From: Octopus vulgaris
Taxonomy: Eukaryota
DNA: 64,000 nucleotides
Assembly: GCA_951406725.2 (NCBI GenBank)
Contig: OX597832.1
Location: 46,252,001-46,316,000 of the forward strand
Direction: 5' to 3'
Shown: in pieces, positions 41,776 through 56,707 of the stretch
How the letters are laid out: each line of letters starts with the position of its first letter
How positions within the stretch are numbered: the first letter of the stretch is position 1
Made by a program: the position numbers and the translations under genes
The notes under the pieces: model-generated
What the model was told of the DNA's origin: nothing
Database searches by the model: none
What the model saw: the letters and a program-made list of their open reading frames with translations, nothing else

Positions 41776-42249
41776 CGTCGCAGTATCAATTTCTACCACC
41801 AGCCTTGCGTGTCTTCAACAGATACGTTCCTCGGTGCTGAAATTTCACCTCCAGCCCATACCTGACTCTAACCGCTTCCTGTCAACTTGCTTGTATATAC
41901 GCATATATGCCCTTTGTGTGTTTGTCCTGGTAATATTTCCATGCAGTACTAGATTATAGTAGTGTGAGTTCGACTGCATCACCATTCGACAGCACCGGAT
42001 TAGATCAGTGCAAAGAATTACAAGATACTGAGATATTAGATTACGGGTGCATCCACCAACCATAATACAGATCGAATACTATCTAATCAAGGATAACGCC
42101 TGGAATATTTTCTCAATACCGATTATTTCCCGAAGAACCGGTGCTAAACCCGAAATACAAGATAAAAATACAAACTATTTCATGTAACTCGCATTGTTTT
42201 GGATTTAAAGAAACACACACACGCACACACACACATATATATATATACA

Positions 42250-42303
<54 letters not shown>

Positions 42304-42918
42304 TGCATGTAAGTGTATAACGTTTGAGATGAAATATTACTTTACAAAACCCAACCGGATTCGAACCCCAGAACATGTAAAATCAATAATAAATGTGGCT
42401 TAGAAAATTCGTTTGGCATTTTATCATTTCTGCCATTCCGTCGCCTTCGCTTGACGAATTATTTAAGATAAAACCGAAAATAAAGTCTCCGTTGCTAGTT
42501 GTAAATAAAGTTTTCTTCTGATGATCTTTCTGAGTCTTTGGCTGATTTAGTGATCGATTAATCACTTAAATGCGCTGATAAATCAGGCCAGCCGCCCGTG
42601 AGAGATTCTCTTCGATCTATCGATCTATGTTATGCTCCATCGGAAGCTAGAATGTGGACGTGTAATCGGATTATCATACAGCCTTTACTTAAGACCCATG
42701 AACAATCAAAATATCAGCATGTGAAGATATTTGTTGTTGTTTGTGTTTTTATTGCGCATAAATACTTAAAAGGGTAAACATATAATTCCAGTCTATTGGA
42801 CGTGTTAGCTATTATTCTCTCACGTGCCATAGTGTTGCATGAATGCGAGGAATGCAGGATATTATTTTTATGGTTCAGGTTAAGGAAGTGAGACCCCGAG
42901 GAACAAGAAACATATGTG

Positions 42919-43010
42919 GCGAGAGAGAAATTTGGTGGAGTGTGAGAGAAGGAAGGGTCTGACAGCGAGAGAGAAATTTGGTGGAGAGTAAGGGAAGGAA
43001 GAGTCTGAGA
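42919..43010. repeat. Two-copy 46-bp tandem repeat
   Basis: gcgagagagaaatttggtggag...gaaggaag.gtctga at 42919 and 42965. Confidence 0.85.
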
Positions 43011-43197
43011 GTAACTGGACAAACTTAATTGGAACGAAAGGGGAAATTAAGCCAGGGAAGTTATATTCTCCACAAAGAAAACTACAAAAAACAGACAGAG
43101 GGAGAGAGAGCGAGATTAACAATGTTGGTTTGTTTATATTTATACACGTAGTTGTACATTACCTATTTAGCCTCTGATATCGCGGATGAATTTGTCA

Positions 43198-43275
43198 GCG
43201 GGCAGTTTAGCTTAATGGTAAAGCACTCATCCGGAGAGATTAAGGGATTCGGGTTCGAGTAACATGACTGGCTGC
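43198..43275 (+). pseudogene. tRNA-like sequence (pseudo-tRNA or head of a further SINE family)
   Basis: A box tagcttaatggta, B box ggttcgagt, partial acceptor pairing gcgggcagt/actggctgc; anticodon and T stems broken; related minus-strand fragment ~42325-42372. Confidence 0.5.
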
Positions 43276-43457
43276 TAACAAATGTTTCCGCTTTGTAAAA
43301 GTAATTTACCCAGCATTCCTCACTGTTCTCATGGCAAATCTGCGATTACCTAAACATCATCTAATTTGCATCATTCTATACACATTTCATTTCGAAGCTT
43401 ATAAACAAATCTTTGCTTATTTTTATACACGTATGTATATATCTTCATACTAATGTG

Positions 43458-43500
<43 letters not shown>

Positions 43501-43773
43501 ATTTTTATAATTATGAGTATAATTATAATTAGGGTTCAGCAAAAAATTTGCTTCATCACATACCGTAATTAAGAAATAGCAATTAAAACTAACTATTTCC
43601 CTACTAAAAGAAAATCTCACGTATATATATATGTAGGTTTATATACATACGTACGTATAATTACATTTCTCTTATAATCAATCTTTACCCTGTGGAAATT
43701 TAAAATGTCAGTGTTGATGTCACTTGCGCAGTTTTACGTGTTTTCTATAGTGAGTATGTCTAGATGATACCTG

Positions 43774-43837
<64 letters not shown>

Positions 43838-43846
43838 GTTCAATTA

Positions 43847-43891
<45 letters not shown>

Positions 43892-43987
43892 TACATGGGT
43901 ACAGGACGTCACCAACTGTAAACAACTGTAAACAGACTCATCTATATCTGTCTTTCTTTCTATCTATCTATCTATCTATCTATCTAT

Positions 43988-44022
<35 letters not shown>

Positions 44023-44161
44023 TAGTTGAATGAATTATCTTGTTATGGCTAATTCGGTTAACCGATACCTGGGTAGCAACTTCACATCAGAGATGACACG
44101 TTTGAAGTTACGTGCTTTCGTGTGGAAATTTGTATGTTTTTTTTTTAAATATAAATATATA

Positions 44162-44254
44162 AAAGAATGGAGTTGAATGACGAATTAACAAAATTACTTT
44201 ATTTTCGACATAAATAAAGGAATTTTGTTAATTCGTCGTTCAACTCCATTCTTT
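44162..44254. repeat. 43-bp-arm fold-back palindrome between TA runs
   Basis: Arms 44162-44204 and 44212-44254, 2 mismatches, loop tcgacat. Confidence 0.92.
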
Positions 44255-45018
44255 CATATATATATATATATATATATGTCGTTAATGACTGTGTCAAGAC
44301 TGCTTCACTATCCACGGAACATTTTCTCCTAAGTGCATAACAGTGTGTTACTGAGATCTATATCCATAATACAATGATTTTATTTTGAACTCTCAAACGT
44401 TTAGTTTATTCGTAAAATGGTGCAAAACCTGTTTGATTAACCAATTTCGAATTTAAAACGTTCGTATTTGATACGTGTCAGTGACAGAATACTTATCCTT
44501 GGCTTGAGGGTTTATAACCCCCATAACCTTTCAACACAAATAGATTTCAAGTTCGGAATAAATGAATAATAAGTAATGATTTCAAGCACCGTCTCAACAC
44601 AGCAAATATCTAATCGACTAATATAGTAAACTAAACTCCACTCGGTACCTAATTATTCAATGTGCCTGGAAAATATGCAAATTGGAAAATATAACAAGAA
44701 TTTGAACAGAAATAATGATAGAACAAAGTGATGAATCGGCGGATTTGTTAGATTATCTGACAAAATATATTGGTTATTTGTGCCAGATCTTTACTTTCTG
44801 AGTTCAAATTGTGAGAGGGTCGTATTCGGAAATGTGTATTACCCGCGCAACCGGCAATTCAGATGGATTGCGTTTAGGCACAGGTTTCGAATCTAGTCTA
44901 CTCCTTATCGGTACAGAGGTTAGAAACTGCGAAGGTTAGAACTGCTGAAATAATCTATTTATGTTTTTAACTTGATTGGTTATGTTACTTATACTCTGGA
45001 TTTGAGTTATATGTATAA

Positions 45019-45200
45019 CTAGCCGGAGTACCCAGCGATGCTCGGGGTATTAAACACTCGGCAATGGTCTTAACAGGTTCTACGTTTTTTGTTATTCATC
45101 TCTTTGAATATTTTTTGCGTTAAGTTGTATACATTCACATTTTCCCCATAGACCATAAATAAAGTAGTAACGGGGTAAAAAGCCATGGACAAGCCACAAG
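45019..45200 (-). mobile_element. Helitron 3' end (5' end not located)
   Basis: Minus strand cccgagcatcgctggg hairpin, 8 nt, CTAG then T. Confidence 0.55.
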
Positions 45201-45613
45201 ATCATGTCAGGAGGTGCAGCAATTGAATGTAAAGCAGCTCTTAAAAAGGGCCGTGTTATCGTTCTCAGAGTACCCCTGAAAAGAATTTTAACTGTTCACA
45301 GATTATAAACGTCCTCTTTCGTTCACATGGAAAGCGGTGGGTGCAGTGATGCCAAACCTCAAGCCATCTGCAAAGAGATTGAGAAGCTGTAGCAGACAAA
45401 ATATTAAAAATAAACTTAAGAAAAACAGGTAATTTTGAAAGAATGGCAAAAATAGTACTCAGTCACCATAAACCTGTCTGGTAGTGAAGCAGCGGTATAT
45501 TGGACGATATTTTTCATTTTGGCTTTCGGGGCATCCGACTCTTGAGCATCCGATGTATAATTGGCCGTGCGAGGTGCATGGTTGCCCTAAATAGAGGTTA
45601 TATTACTTATAAT

Positions 45614-46010
45614 GGAGTGGCTGTGTAGTAAGTAGCTTGCTAACCAACCACATGGTTCCGGGTTCAGTCCCACTGCGTGGCATCTTGGTCAAGTGTCTTC
45701 TGCTATAGTCCCAGGCCGACCAAAACCTTGTGAGTGGATTTGGTAGACGGAAAGAAGCCTGTCGTATATATGTATATATATGTATATGTATGTGTGTTTG
45801 TGTGTCTGTGTTTGTCCCCCTAGCATTGTTTGACAACTGATGCTGGTGTGTTTACGTCCCCGTCACTTAGCGGTTCGGCAAAAGAGACCAATAGCATAAG
45901 TACTGGGCTTACAAAGAATAAGTTCCGGGGTCGATTTGCTCGACTAAAGGCGGTGCTCCAGCATGGCCGCAGTCAAATGACTGAAACAAGTAAAAGAGTA
46001 AAAGAGAGTA
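45614..46010 (+). mobile_element. SINE family B, near full length
   Basis: Family match with (GTAAAAGA)n tail. Confidence 0.92.
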
Positions 46011-47034
46011 GTATAGCCTTCATTGGACTATCTGTTAGCCGGGATTTGACTACACGGAGTGCCCATAGAGATATTCGCGTTAATGAACTCAATCGATTTT
46101 CCTTTCACAATGCATATACACATACATGTTTATCTATATGTACATGTTCGTATACATACACGCAAAACCTCACACACATAGTCCTGTATTCTAGCATGCT
46201 GATTGCTTTTGTTTTTCAAAATGATATCCCAAAGACACAAACCTTTTTTCCATCTTACTATATCCGACATGTGTAAATCAGTGAGGCTAAGGTGCCTGAC
46301 AAAATGTCTTCCGGTATTTATTTCAACTCTCTACGCACAATTCCCATCAAGGTCAACTGAAGCTTTTATATCTCCGGCGTCGATAAAACTAAGCACCCGT
46401 TAAGCACCGGTGAGCAACATAATCGGTTAACTCTATTCTTTCAAAATTGCTGGCCGTGTTCTTCGATAGAAAATAACTACACGTGACATTCGTCAGTTTA
46501 TGTTCAGCTCAATGAAGTACACACCAGCCATTGTCCTAGAATAATTAAATTGACTTCAACTATAAAACAAAGCGTGCCATATTGTTTCAAATTGAAACAT
46601 CACTTTTTATCATTTTTATGTCAATTTTAATATAATTATTTTTTTAGAAGTGATGGATGGCAATATTTAAACTTGTGACAAAATTTTTAAAACGCTTATT
46701 TTATTAGTATTTTGGTGCTATTAGTAATTTGTTAGTTGAATACGATATCAGTGTTTCTTCCGCTTTGTTTATTTTCAGATTTTTATCACAGGAAAGGTGA
46801 TGGAATTATTTTTTTTGCGAAATACAAGTAGGTATTGATCGGAATGATTGATGGTATGTCACCTTGAAATCGCACTTATTATTCATTATTTCAGGTTATG
46901 CTGAGGACAATAGTGTGTACATCGTCGGCGTGGTTACTATCGTACGAGTCATCATCTTGCCTTTCATCTTTTTATTCATCATAATTTGTCATCGCCGTTG
47001 ATCGTCTTCACCACCCTCAACATCCTCATTTTCA

Positions 47035-47067
47035 TAGTCGTCGTCATCATCATCATCATCATCATCG

Positions 47068-47105
<38 letters not shown>

Positions 47106-47226
47106 GTCGTCGTCGTCATCATCGTCATAATCATCATCATCATCATCATCATCGTCGTCGTCATCATCATTATATTCATCATCATCGTCATCATCATCAT
47201 CGTCGTCGTCGTCGTCATCATCATCG

Positions 47227-47258
<32 letters not shown>

Positions 47259-47280
47259 GTCGTCGTCGTCATCATCATCG

Positions 47281-47315
<35 letters not shown>

Positions 47316-47525
47316 GTCGTCGTCATCATCATTATATTCATCATCATCGTCATCATCATCATCGTCGTCATCATGATCATCATGATCATGATCATGATCA
47401 TCATCATCATCATAATCATCATCATCGTCATCATCGTCGTCATCATCATCGTCATAAACATCATCATCATCATCATAAACATCATCACCATCACCATCAT
47501 CATCATCATCATCATCATCATCATT
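47035..47525. repeat. (CAT)n/(CGT)n microsatellite
   Basis: Direct reading; yields poly-D, poly-M and poly-I ORFs. Confidence 0.95.
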
Positions 47526-48004
47526 TTCTTTCATCTTCGTTTTCAGCTTAATTTGTCATCGACGTCGTCATCAGCGTCTTCCATCTTCGTTTTTTATCAT
47601 AATTGCCATTGTTGTTGTGGTCATCATCCCATCCTCAACATCCTCCTCATCATCGTCGTCGTCGTCGTCTTCGTCATCACCTTCATCGGCATCCTTAATA
47701 CTTGCTCTAATAGCAATAAAAGTACCAGACACAACATTGTTGACTATCATTACATAAACATAAGCAAAGAGAAATAGGAATTAATACAAAATGCGTGCAA
47801 AAATCAGAAACACACGCGCCGAGGTACATTCTTACACACAAGCATACACATATGCATACATGCACACACATAGACACACACATAGACACACACAAACAAA
47901 CACACACGTGCGCATATACATATATATAATATATAATCATATATATAATGTCATTTGATACGTGGACTATTTTCTCAGGATACTATGAAAAATAGCTAAT
48001 ATCT

Positions 48005-48700
<696 letters not shown>

Positions 48701-49064
48701 AACGGCGAGAGGAAGCAAAACAATAGCGGTACATCACTCGTCTCAAAATGAAAGCCAATTTCCATAATTGACAGAGAGACTTGTTGGAAGTCTTTGAGAT
48801 CAACCAAGAAGCAGACATACGTTCTCATAACTGATTCAATTATAAAACACTGTAAACGACGTAGATGACGAATCAGCCTTCAGCAATATAGAGGCTGGCA
48901 TTATAAAAGAGTGGCTAATTCGCATGTATACGTGAATATGTGTTAATGCATTCATATGAATGTCTTTCTTCCTTTCGCTGTCATGATCTCTCCCTGGCTC
49001 TCCACCGGTCTGTCTCATTGTACACAAACACACCCACATACACACACGTGCATATATATGTATG

Positions 49065-49119
<55 letters not shown>

Positions 49120-49230
49120 ATCTTTATATATGCATATATATATATATATATATATATATCTTTATATATGCATATATATATATATATATATATATCTATA
49201 TCTTTATATATGCATATATGTATATATATA

Positions 49231-49296
<66 letters not shown>

Positions 49297-49610
49297 TATG
49301 TCTCCTTGAAATCACACTTTCATACATATATATATATATACCTGTATACTTTTATATGTATATATACATATATGTATGTGTCTGTATACACACATATATA
49401 TATATATACGCAGATATAGTTATATTATATATAATATGCATATATTATATATAAATACGTATATGTATGTATATATATATATATATATATATATAGATAT
49501 CAATATATGTATACGTAAATGTATGTATATATATATATATACATATACATATAGATATCAATATATGCATACCTATATAAATATACATTATATATATACA
49601 TACATATATA

Positions 49611-49692
<82 letters not shown>

Positions 49693-50207
49693 TTATATAT
49701 TTAGGTATGTATCACTTGATATTTATGAAAGGTATGTGTTTGTGTCTGACAGTCTATCAGTGCAACTCTATATACATAAGCATAAATGTGTCTATATTAA
49801 AATAAACGTATGTCACGTGTCCGCAAATTGATATGTTTGAAAATGATATGTTTGGAAAAAATACTATCCTCGGTCTGAATGGAAGTAATTGGGTATGTCT
49901 TCTACTAAATATGATGTCAATTTGGATATTATCAATTTCCTTACACAGATCTTCCCTTTCATTCCAAAGAACTGTTAAGAACCAAACTCGAAATTAAAGA
50001 CATCAATGTCTTCTAATTTCTTCCAGATCTCTTACTGAATTAGTGGTTCTTGCGAATGAAATTTCAAAATTTGAGAAAATTACTGGAGGCAATACACAAT
50101 ATGAAATTTAGATGGAGCAGGCACAATATGGCGCTATCATATTGTAGTCTTAGACGTAGAAATTCTGTGAACTATTTATTGTGTTTATATGTAAGCGCCT
50201 CTCTCTC

Positions 50208-50263
<56 letters not shown>

Positions 50264-50272
50264 CATACATAC

Positions 50273-50341
<69 letters not shown>

Positions 50342-50344
<3 letters not shown>

Positions 50345-50743
50345 TCTTTTTCTTGTTTCAGTCATTTGACTGCGGCCATGCTGGAGCACCGCCTTTAATC
50401 GAGCAACTCGACCCCGGGACTTATTCTTTGTAAGCCCAGTACTTATTCTATTGGCCTCTTTTGCCGAACCGCTAAGTGACGGGAACATAGACACACCAGC
50501 ATCGGTTGTCAAGCAATACTGGTGGGGGGGGGGGGACAAACACAGACACACAAACATACACGCACACACACACACATATATATATATACATATATACGAC
50601 GGGCTTCTTTCAGTTTTCGTTTACCAAATCCCCTCACAAGGCTTTCGTCGGCCCGAGGCTATAGTAGAAGACACGCAGTGGAACTGAACCCGGAACCATG
50701 TGGTTGGTAAGCAAGCTACTTACCACATAGCCACTCCTGCGCC

Positions 50744-50744
<1 letters not shown>
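50342..50744 (-). mobile_element. SINE family B within (TA)n
   Basis: Reverse-complement family match; a 3'-half copy at 52156-52354. Confidence 0.9.
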
Positions 50745-50796
<52 letters not shown>

Positions 50797-51468
50797 TATG
50801 TGACATCCAAATACTTTTTTCTGACTTCACTGGAGATGAATGGTGTCTGTAAGGCTGACTTAAGCTAAATAGATGACACGAAAGGAAATCTATAGGGTTT
50901 TTATATTCGTATTCTTCACTAATATCAACTATGTCTTCATTTTATAATAAACTTTCAATCTTTTTCAGGAATTAGCGAATATATTATATTAGATGCGTAT
51001 ATAAGGAATATCTTATTTGGAATTCTTTTGACAGAGAAATAAATAAAGAGTCACAAGATACAATTTAATAATGCAATCTTTCTGTATTACATGTCTCTCA
51101 GATATTCAAAATTCATGTAATTCATATTAGAAAATGAAACAGGTGAAATGGTTAATAAATAATGCCCATAAATTTTCCAAGTTCCTGATTTGTTATTCAA
51201 TAACTCTTTATGTAATATCTCCAGAATTTCCAAATCTTATATACACTATCACAAAGCAACAGAACTACACGTTGTATCGTATTAATGTAGTAAACAAATA
51301 TGCTTTAAGAGGAAACAGCTTGGATTTTATCCTATCGACCAACAATATATATATATATATAAATAGATGAGTGTATTTTTACCTTGTTAGCAATTAACAC
51401 GGATAACAGGGCAGCAAAAATCTCACAAGTAATTCATATTACAAGTATTGACGAGTTTCGTTTTTTTC

Positions 51469-51542
51469 ACTTTCCCGAAGAGAAGATTGCATTGTTTATA
51501 CCATTTATTCTTTTGAATAGTATCGAAACATGTGTCGAAAGT
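51469..51542 (+). ncRNA. Degenerate type I hammerhead motif
   Basis: actttc-CCGAAGA-...-GAAA-ca-tg-tgt-c-gaaagt: perfect 6-bp stem I, GUC site, U4C change, weak stem II. Confidence 0.55.
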
Positions 51543-51581
51543 AAAAATATTTTTTAACACCTGCGTTAACTCCATTTTTTA

Positions 51582-51619
<38 letters not shown>

Positions 51620-51677
51620 TCGTTTTGGGATTTGGTTTGCAAGATACTTTATGTGAGTTCGTGTGTTGAAGCATATT

Positions 51678-51924
51678 CTGTTGTGTCTGGGGAGAGTCAT
51701 TCTCTTTTAGTGCCTTATTATTTAACACACTAACCGGTAAAATTTCCACTTATTTCCTTCTTTATTCTTAACTCTCAAGACTATTGAATAGTCAAGAAAA
51801 GGTTGCAAGACGCAACGAAAATTTTAGAAAAATAAAGAACATAAGGAAATAAGTGGAAATTTTACCGGTGAGTGTGTTAAATAATAAGGCACTAAAAGAG
51901 AATGACTCTCCCCAGACACAACAG
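51678..51924. repeat. 82-bp-arm inverted repeat inside a (TA)n-flanked insertion
   Basis: Arms 51678-51759 and 51843-51924, 1 mismatch. Confidence 0.93.
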
Positions 51925-52362
51925 TATATATATATATATATACATATATATAACATATATATTGTATTTTTTTTTATTGATTCATAATAGAATATAAGGA
52001 TAAAAATCACTTTAAGGATTTATATCTCGCAGTCAGCATGCTATAGAAATTTAAAGGCAATTTATGTATAATTACATAGATAAGTAAATTATTATCAACA
52101 TAAGGTATATGTATAATATATATAATATATAATATATGTATATATACTATACACGTTTTTTACTTGTTTCACTCATTTGACTGCGGCAATGCCGGAGTAC
52201 CGCATTTAGTCGAGCAAATCGACCCCTGAACTTATTCTTTCTACTCATTCTATCGGTCTTATTTTGCCGAACCGCTAAGTTACGGGGACGTAAGCACACC
52301 AGTATCGGTTGTCAAGCAATGTTGGTGGGGACAAAGAGACACACAAACACGCACATATATTA

Positions 52363-52424
<62 letters not shown>

Positions 52425-52636
52425 GCATATACTGCTCTACATGTTCACATGTATATATGTGTGTATGTTTGTGTGTGCGAGTGTATGCACGGCTGTGAAC
52501 TCACCATTGTGTCTGAGTGTTACTATGACAGCAGGGCTTGGAGTTCATCTCTGTCTTCGAATTCTCCTCAGATGTTGACAATCGGAAAGAGATAACGAGG
52601 ATATCACACGCACATACATATATACTCATACATATC

Positions 52637-52667
<31 letters not shown>

Positions 52668-52919
52668 TTCTTTCTTGATTTGAAAGTATAATTGAATTTA
52701 AAATTTTAAAATATTACACAGATTTTTGACAAGAACTGTCTCGCAATAAAGTGAAGATGAAAAGAAAAGAAAAAAAAACAAAAAGAAATTTTCATTTATA
52801 AGACATCATTTAAAGTAGTTATTTACATCGAAAATTGCTGTCAGTATTTCACTTGGGCAGTAATTTAAATTTCGCCTCCTTCATGAGGTACTCATATACA
52901 CATACATACATGCATGCAT

Positions 52920-52973
<54 letters not shown>

Positions 52974-53034
52974 GTATATATATGTATATATATATATGTA
53001 TATATATATGTATATATATATATATGTATATATA

Positions 53035-53108
<74 letters not shown>

Positions 53109-53334
53109 TATAATGGAAACAGAACCACACACACTCAGATTTGAGCAGCGATCGGATATGAAGTATGTGAAGGGTATTTGACAAAATTTAATTTATTGTA
53201 TTACTCTCTTGAAACTAATTACATTGTTTATTGAAATGTGCAGATATTGATTGTTGCCAATGTACGGAACGTAGTGATTAGATATTGTCAATTGTCTAAG
53301 TATTGAAAAATATAATTTTTAAAAAATTTCATGC

Positions 53335-53635
53335 GCCCTTTTCAAGCCTAGTCAGGCTCATGGGCCCGGTTACACGGTTTCTCTGGCGTATGTGTACCCC
53401 CCAGCTGGACGTGACGCCAGTCCATCGCAGCGTTACTCAAGAAACAGGAAGAGAGAATGAAAGAAAGTTGTGGCGAAAGAGTACAACAGGGGTCGCCGCC
53501 ACTCCCTGCCGGAGCTTTCTGGATCTTTAGGTGTTGTTGCTCAATACATACACACAACATACGGTCTGGGAATTGAAACCGCAATCCTCCGATCGCGAGT
53601 CCGCTGCCCTAACCACTGGGCCATTGCGCCTCCAC
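53335..53635 (-). mobile_element. SINE with family C head but different 3' half
   Basis: Head as 37862; after cttcctgtttct continues gctgcgatggactggcgtcacgtccag...gggcccatgagcctg. Confidence 0.85.
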
Positions 53636-53829
53636 ACAATAACTATAAATCAGTCTAAATCATATCGTGAATATAAGTATTCAATGAAAAATTATGTGCG
53701 CCTCCACATTCAAAAATATATTGTATATAAATTTGTGACGGAAAGATGAGCCCCGGTTGTAATTTTCCAACTGTATCTAAGGGAAAATAGTATTAAAATC
53801 AATGGGATTTTATCCAAATGGGCGATCAC

Positions 53830-54450
53830 CACAAATATTCTCAGAATGTACTATTTGAATCGCGTTGTACGAAGGTAGTCGACGCAAATTGTCTCTATAG
53901 AGGTCGTTGGGTCAATCCATATATGCAACGATACAGGTGAATTGATCCATCTTTGCGCGGCGGTTACTTTCTCCAAACAGAACAAACCTGAGAGGTCAAG
54001 CGATTAACAATGACAGTTACAAGTGTTTATGTGCAAATCTGTCTCCTCTCTTGTCAGTGAGACTCACTATGTTCCCAGCAAATGAGATGGTTTTAAGCAT
54101 GTTAAATAATGATGGCCGTATCATGCCACTTCACATCTTTCCACGAGGCCTTAAACTCAATGGTACTGGATACGATGAGATGCTGGAAATTGATTTTAAA
54201 CCCTGCATATTTGAAGAGAACTGGGTAAATCCATACGTGTTTCAATTCGGCAGAGGACTTTCTTTCTACTTGAATGTGTCCTGGTGCCAGACACTATTTA
54301 CGACCACTGAGCGTCAGACATATGGCCTCCAGTCTCCCGAGACTAAAATTCGTGCACTGCTAGGTTTGGAGCTGTGTTGTATCGACATCCTCATATTAAC
54401 AACTTCACTGGAGCCGCGATTTTCCAGGTTGTGTCCTATATGAATAAGGG
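53830..54450 (+). pseudogene. Degenerate maT/DD37D-like transposase
   Basis: MVLSMLNNDGRIMPLHIFPRGLKLNGTGYDEMLE..KPCI..PYVFQ and a downstream DIWPP-like motif. Confidence 0.65.
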
Positions 54451-54596
54451 GCGTTTGGCTTGTCAACAATTCCACTATGCATTTCGCTCGGCTTTACGTT
54501 CTGACCTCAAATTCCACCGAGGAATTTACCTTTCAGGCTTTACGATGTATCATCGTGTCTCTACTCTAAAATTTCTACTCATGCTTTGTGTTGTAG

Positions 54597-54810
54597 TACT
54601 CTTTTACTTGTTTCAGCCATTTGACTGCGGCCATGCTGGAGCACCGCCTTTAATCGAGCAACTCGACCCCCCGGACTTATTCTTTTGTAAGCCCAGTACT
54701 TATTCTATCGGTCTCTTTTGCCGAACCGCTAAGTAATGGGGACGTAAACACACCAGCATCGGTTGTCAAGCAATGCTAGGGGGACAAACACAGACACACA
54801 AACATACACA

Positions 54811-54866
<56 letters not shown>

Positions 54867-55032
54867 TACGACGGGTTTCTTTCAGTTTCCGTCTACCAAA
54901 TCCACTCACAAGGCATTGGTCGGCCCGAGGCTATAGTAGAAGACACTTGCCCAAGGTGCCACGCAGTGGGACTAAACCTGCAAGCATGTGGCTGGTTAGC
55001 AAGCTACTTACCACACAGCCACTCCTGCGCCT
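54597..55032 (-). mobile_element. SINE family B, full length
   Basis: Reverse-complement family match; degraded + copy follows at ~55100-55230. Confidence 0.92.
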
Positions 55033-55839
55033 AGTAGAAAAGAATATATATGAATGTATGCCTCTCAGTGTGTGTGTGTGTGTGAAATATGTATGGCATT
55101 TGCTTCATAAGCTTGCGACATTGAGTTTAGTTCCACTGCGCAGCCACCTGGGCAAGGGTTTTCTGTTATAGCACCAGGTCGACCAGTGATTTGTAAGTGA
55201 ATTTTGTAGAAAGAATCTGTGCTGTAGGCCGTAGTGCATACATATAAGCGCAAGCGTGTTTTTGGAGGTTCGCGAACCTCAATGATTTGTGATGGTTCTC
55301 ATATCACTCGATGGCCAACCGGTGCTCTTTTGCTTTGCTTCGTCGTGACATTATCAGTTTAACACAAAACAAAAAAATGGAAAACAATGCGGATAGCTTT
55401 GATACAATAGTAAGTCCTAGGGCGATTCGCTCCACTAAAACCTTGCAGATTATGTCCCAGTATGACCGCAAATCAATGACTGACAGGAAGAACATAATAA
55501 AATATAAATGTCAAGATATACGCAAAAATACACACTCAAACACGAACAAATACGCGCGTGCATATGTATAAGGTTTTACAGTTGATATTGCTGGGCGTTT
55601 TCCCGATAATTGTGATTTGGTTATTAATCGGGTTCTTTTTTAGACAGCCAACTTTTAATATCAGCCTCTGTGTATGTATATACTATTCATTTTTGCATAA
55701 TAGCAATCAAATTAACCCTTTACTTGCCTTGATTCGTGATCCGAAATTGATTATATTCCGAACGAAAACATCCGTGAAATTGCTTCCCTTATACGGTACG
55801 CAGAACAATGAATTAACGAGCACAGATACTGTTTTATGC

Positions 55840-55975
<136 letters not shown>

Positions 55976-56707
55976 TGTATGTATGTACATATGCATATAT
56001 ATATATTTATACATACATGTGTGTCTGCACGTATATGCATGTATATAAACGCATTCATATTCATTCATACCCATTAGCGCGTACAAAAAGACGCACACAC
56101 AACTATATATGCATAACATAATGGGTGATGCATTTGGATAGTTTTCCTTTGGTAATTGCCATTGTTTCTCTCGTAACTTATGTCCTTTGACAAACATATT
56201 TTTTGTGCGTCCATGTTATTGCATTATAACGGCTATGATGCCTTGTCAATATATTAGGAAACAGCAGCAAGTGTTTTTTGCAGTTGTTTTCTATAAATAC
56301 ACGAAAATACAAGAAAATACAACACCCTGCAAAATAGTGAATGAGAATTTTACTCGTCAAAAGTATCTATCAGTCACTATCACAAAAATTTAGCTTTCGT
56401 TTTCTAGACAGTACTAATAGGCCCAATTCACAGTTCATCAATAAAATAATACCCATGCAACATAAAGAATATTCCTCTTCTTCAGTTGTCCCTGTTTCAT
56501 ATACTCCGCGTCACGAATGCAAGGACACAACGCCACTTCGTTGAAACAATCCTTCCCGCAAAACAAATTAAATAAAATTTGGGATTTTTTTTTGCGGAGG
56601 GTGAAAGTGGTAATATTTACATACATATACATGCATAATTACACACACATATACACAACACATGTATTTGTAGTGTAAATATGATGTTGTAAGTAATTTT
56701 ATTCTTA

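Noticed and set aside
43198-43275. Functional tRNA gene
   Set aside because: T stem and anticodon stem do not pair; kept only as tRNA-like.
46989-47534. 181-aa poly-Asp ORF resembling acidic mollusc shell proteins
   Set aside because: Pure (GAT/GAC)n microsatellite, open in several frames, no signal peptide or splice support.
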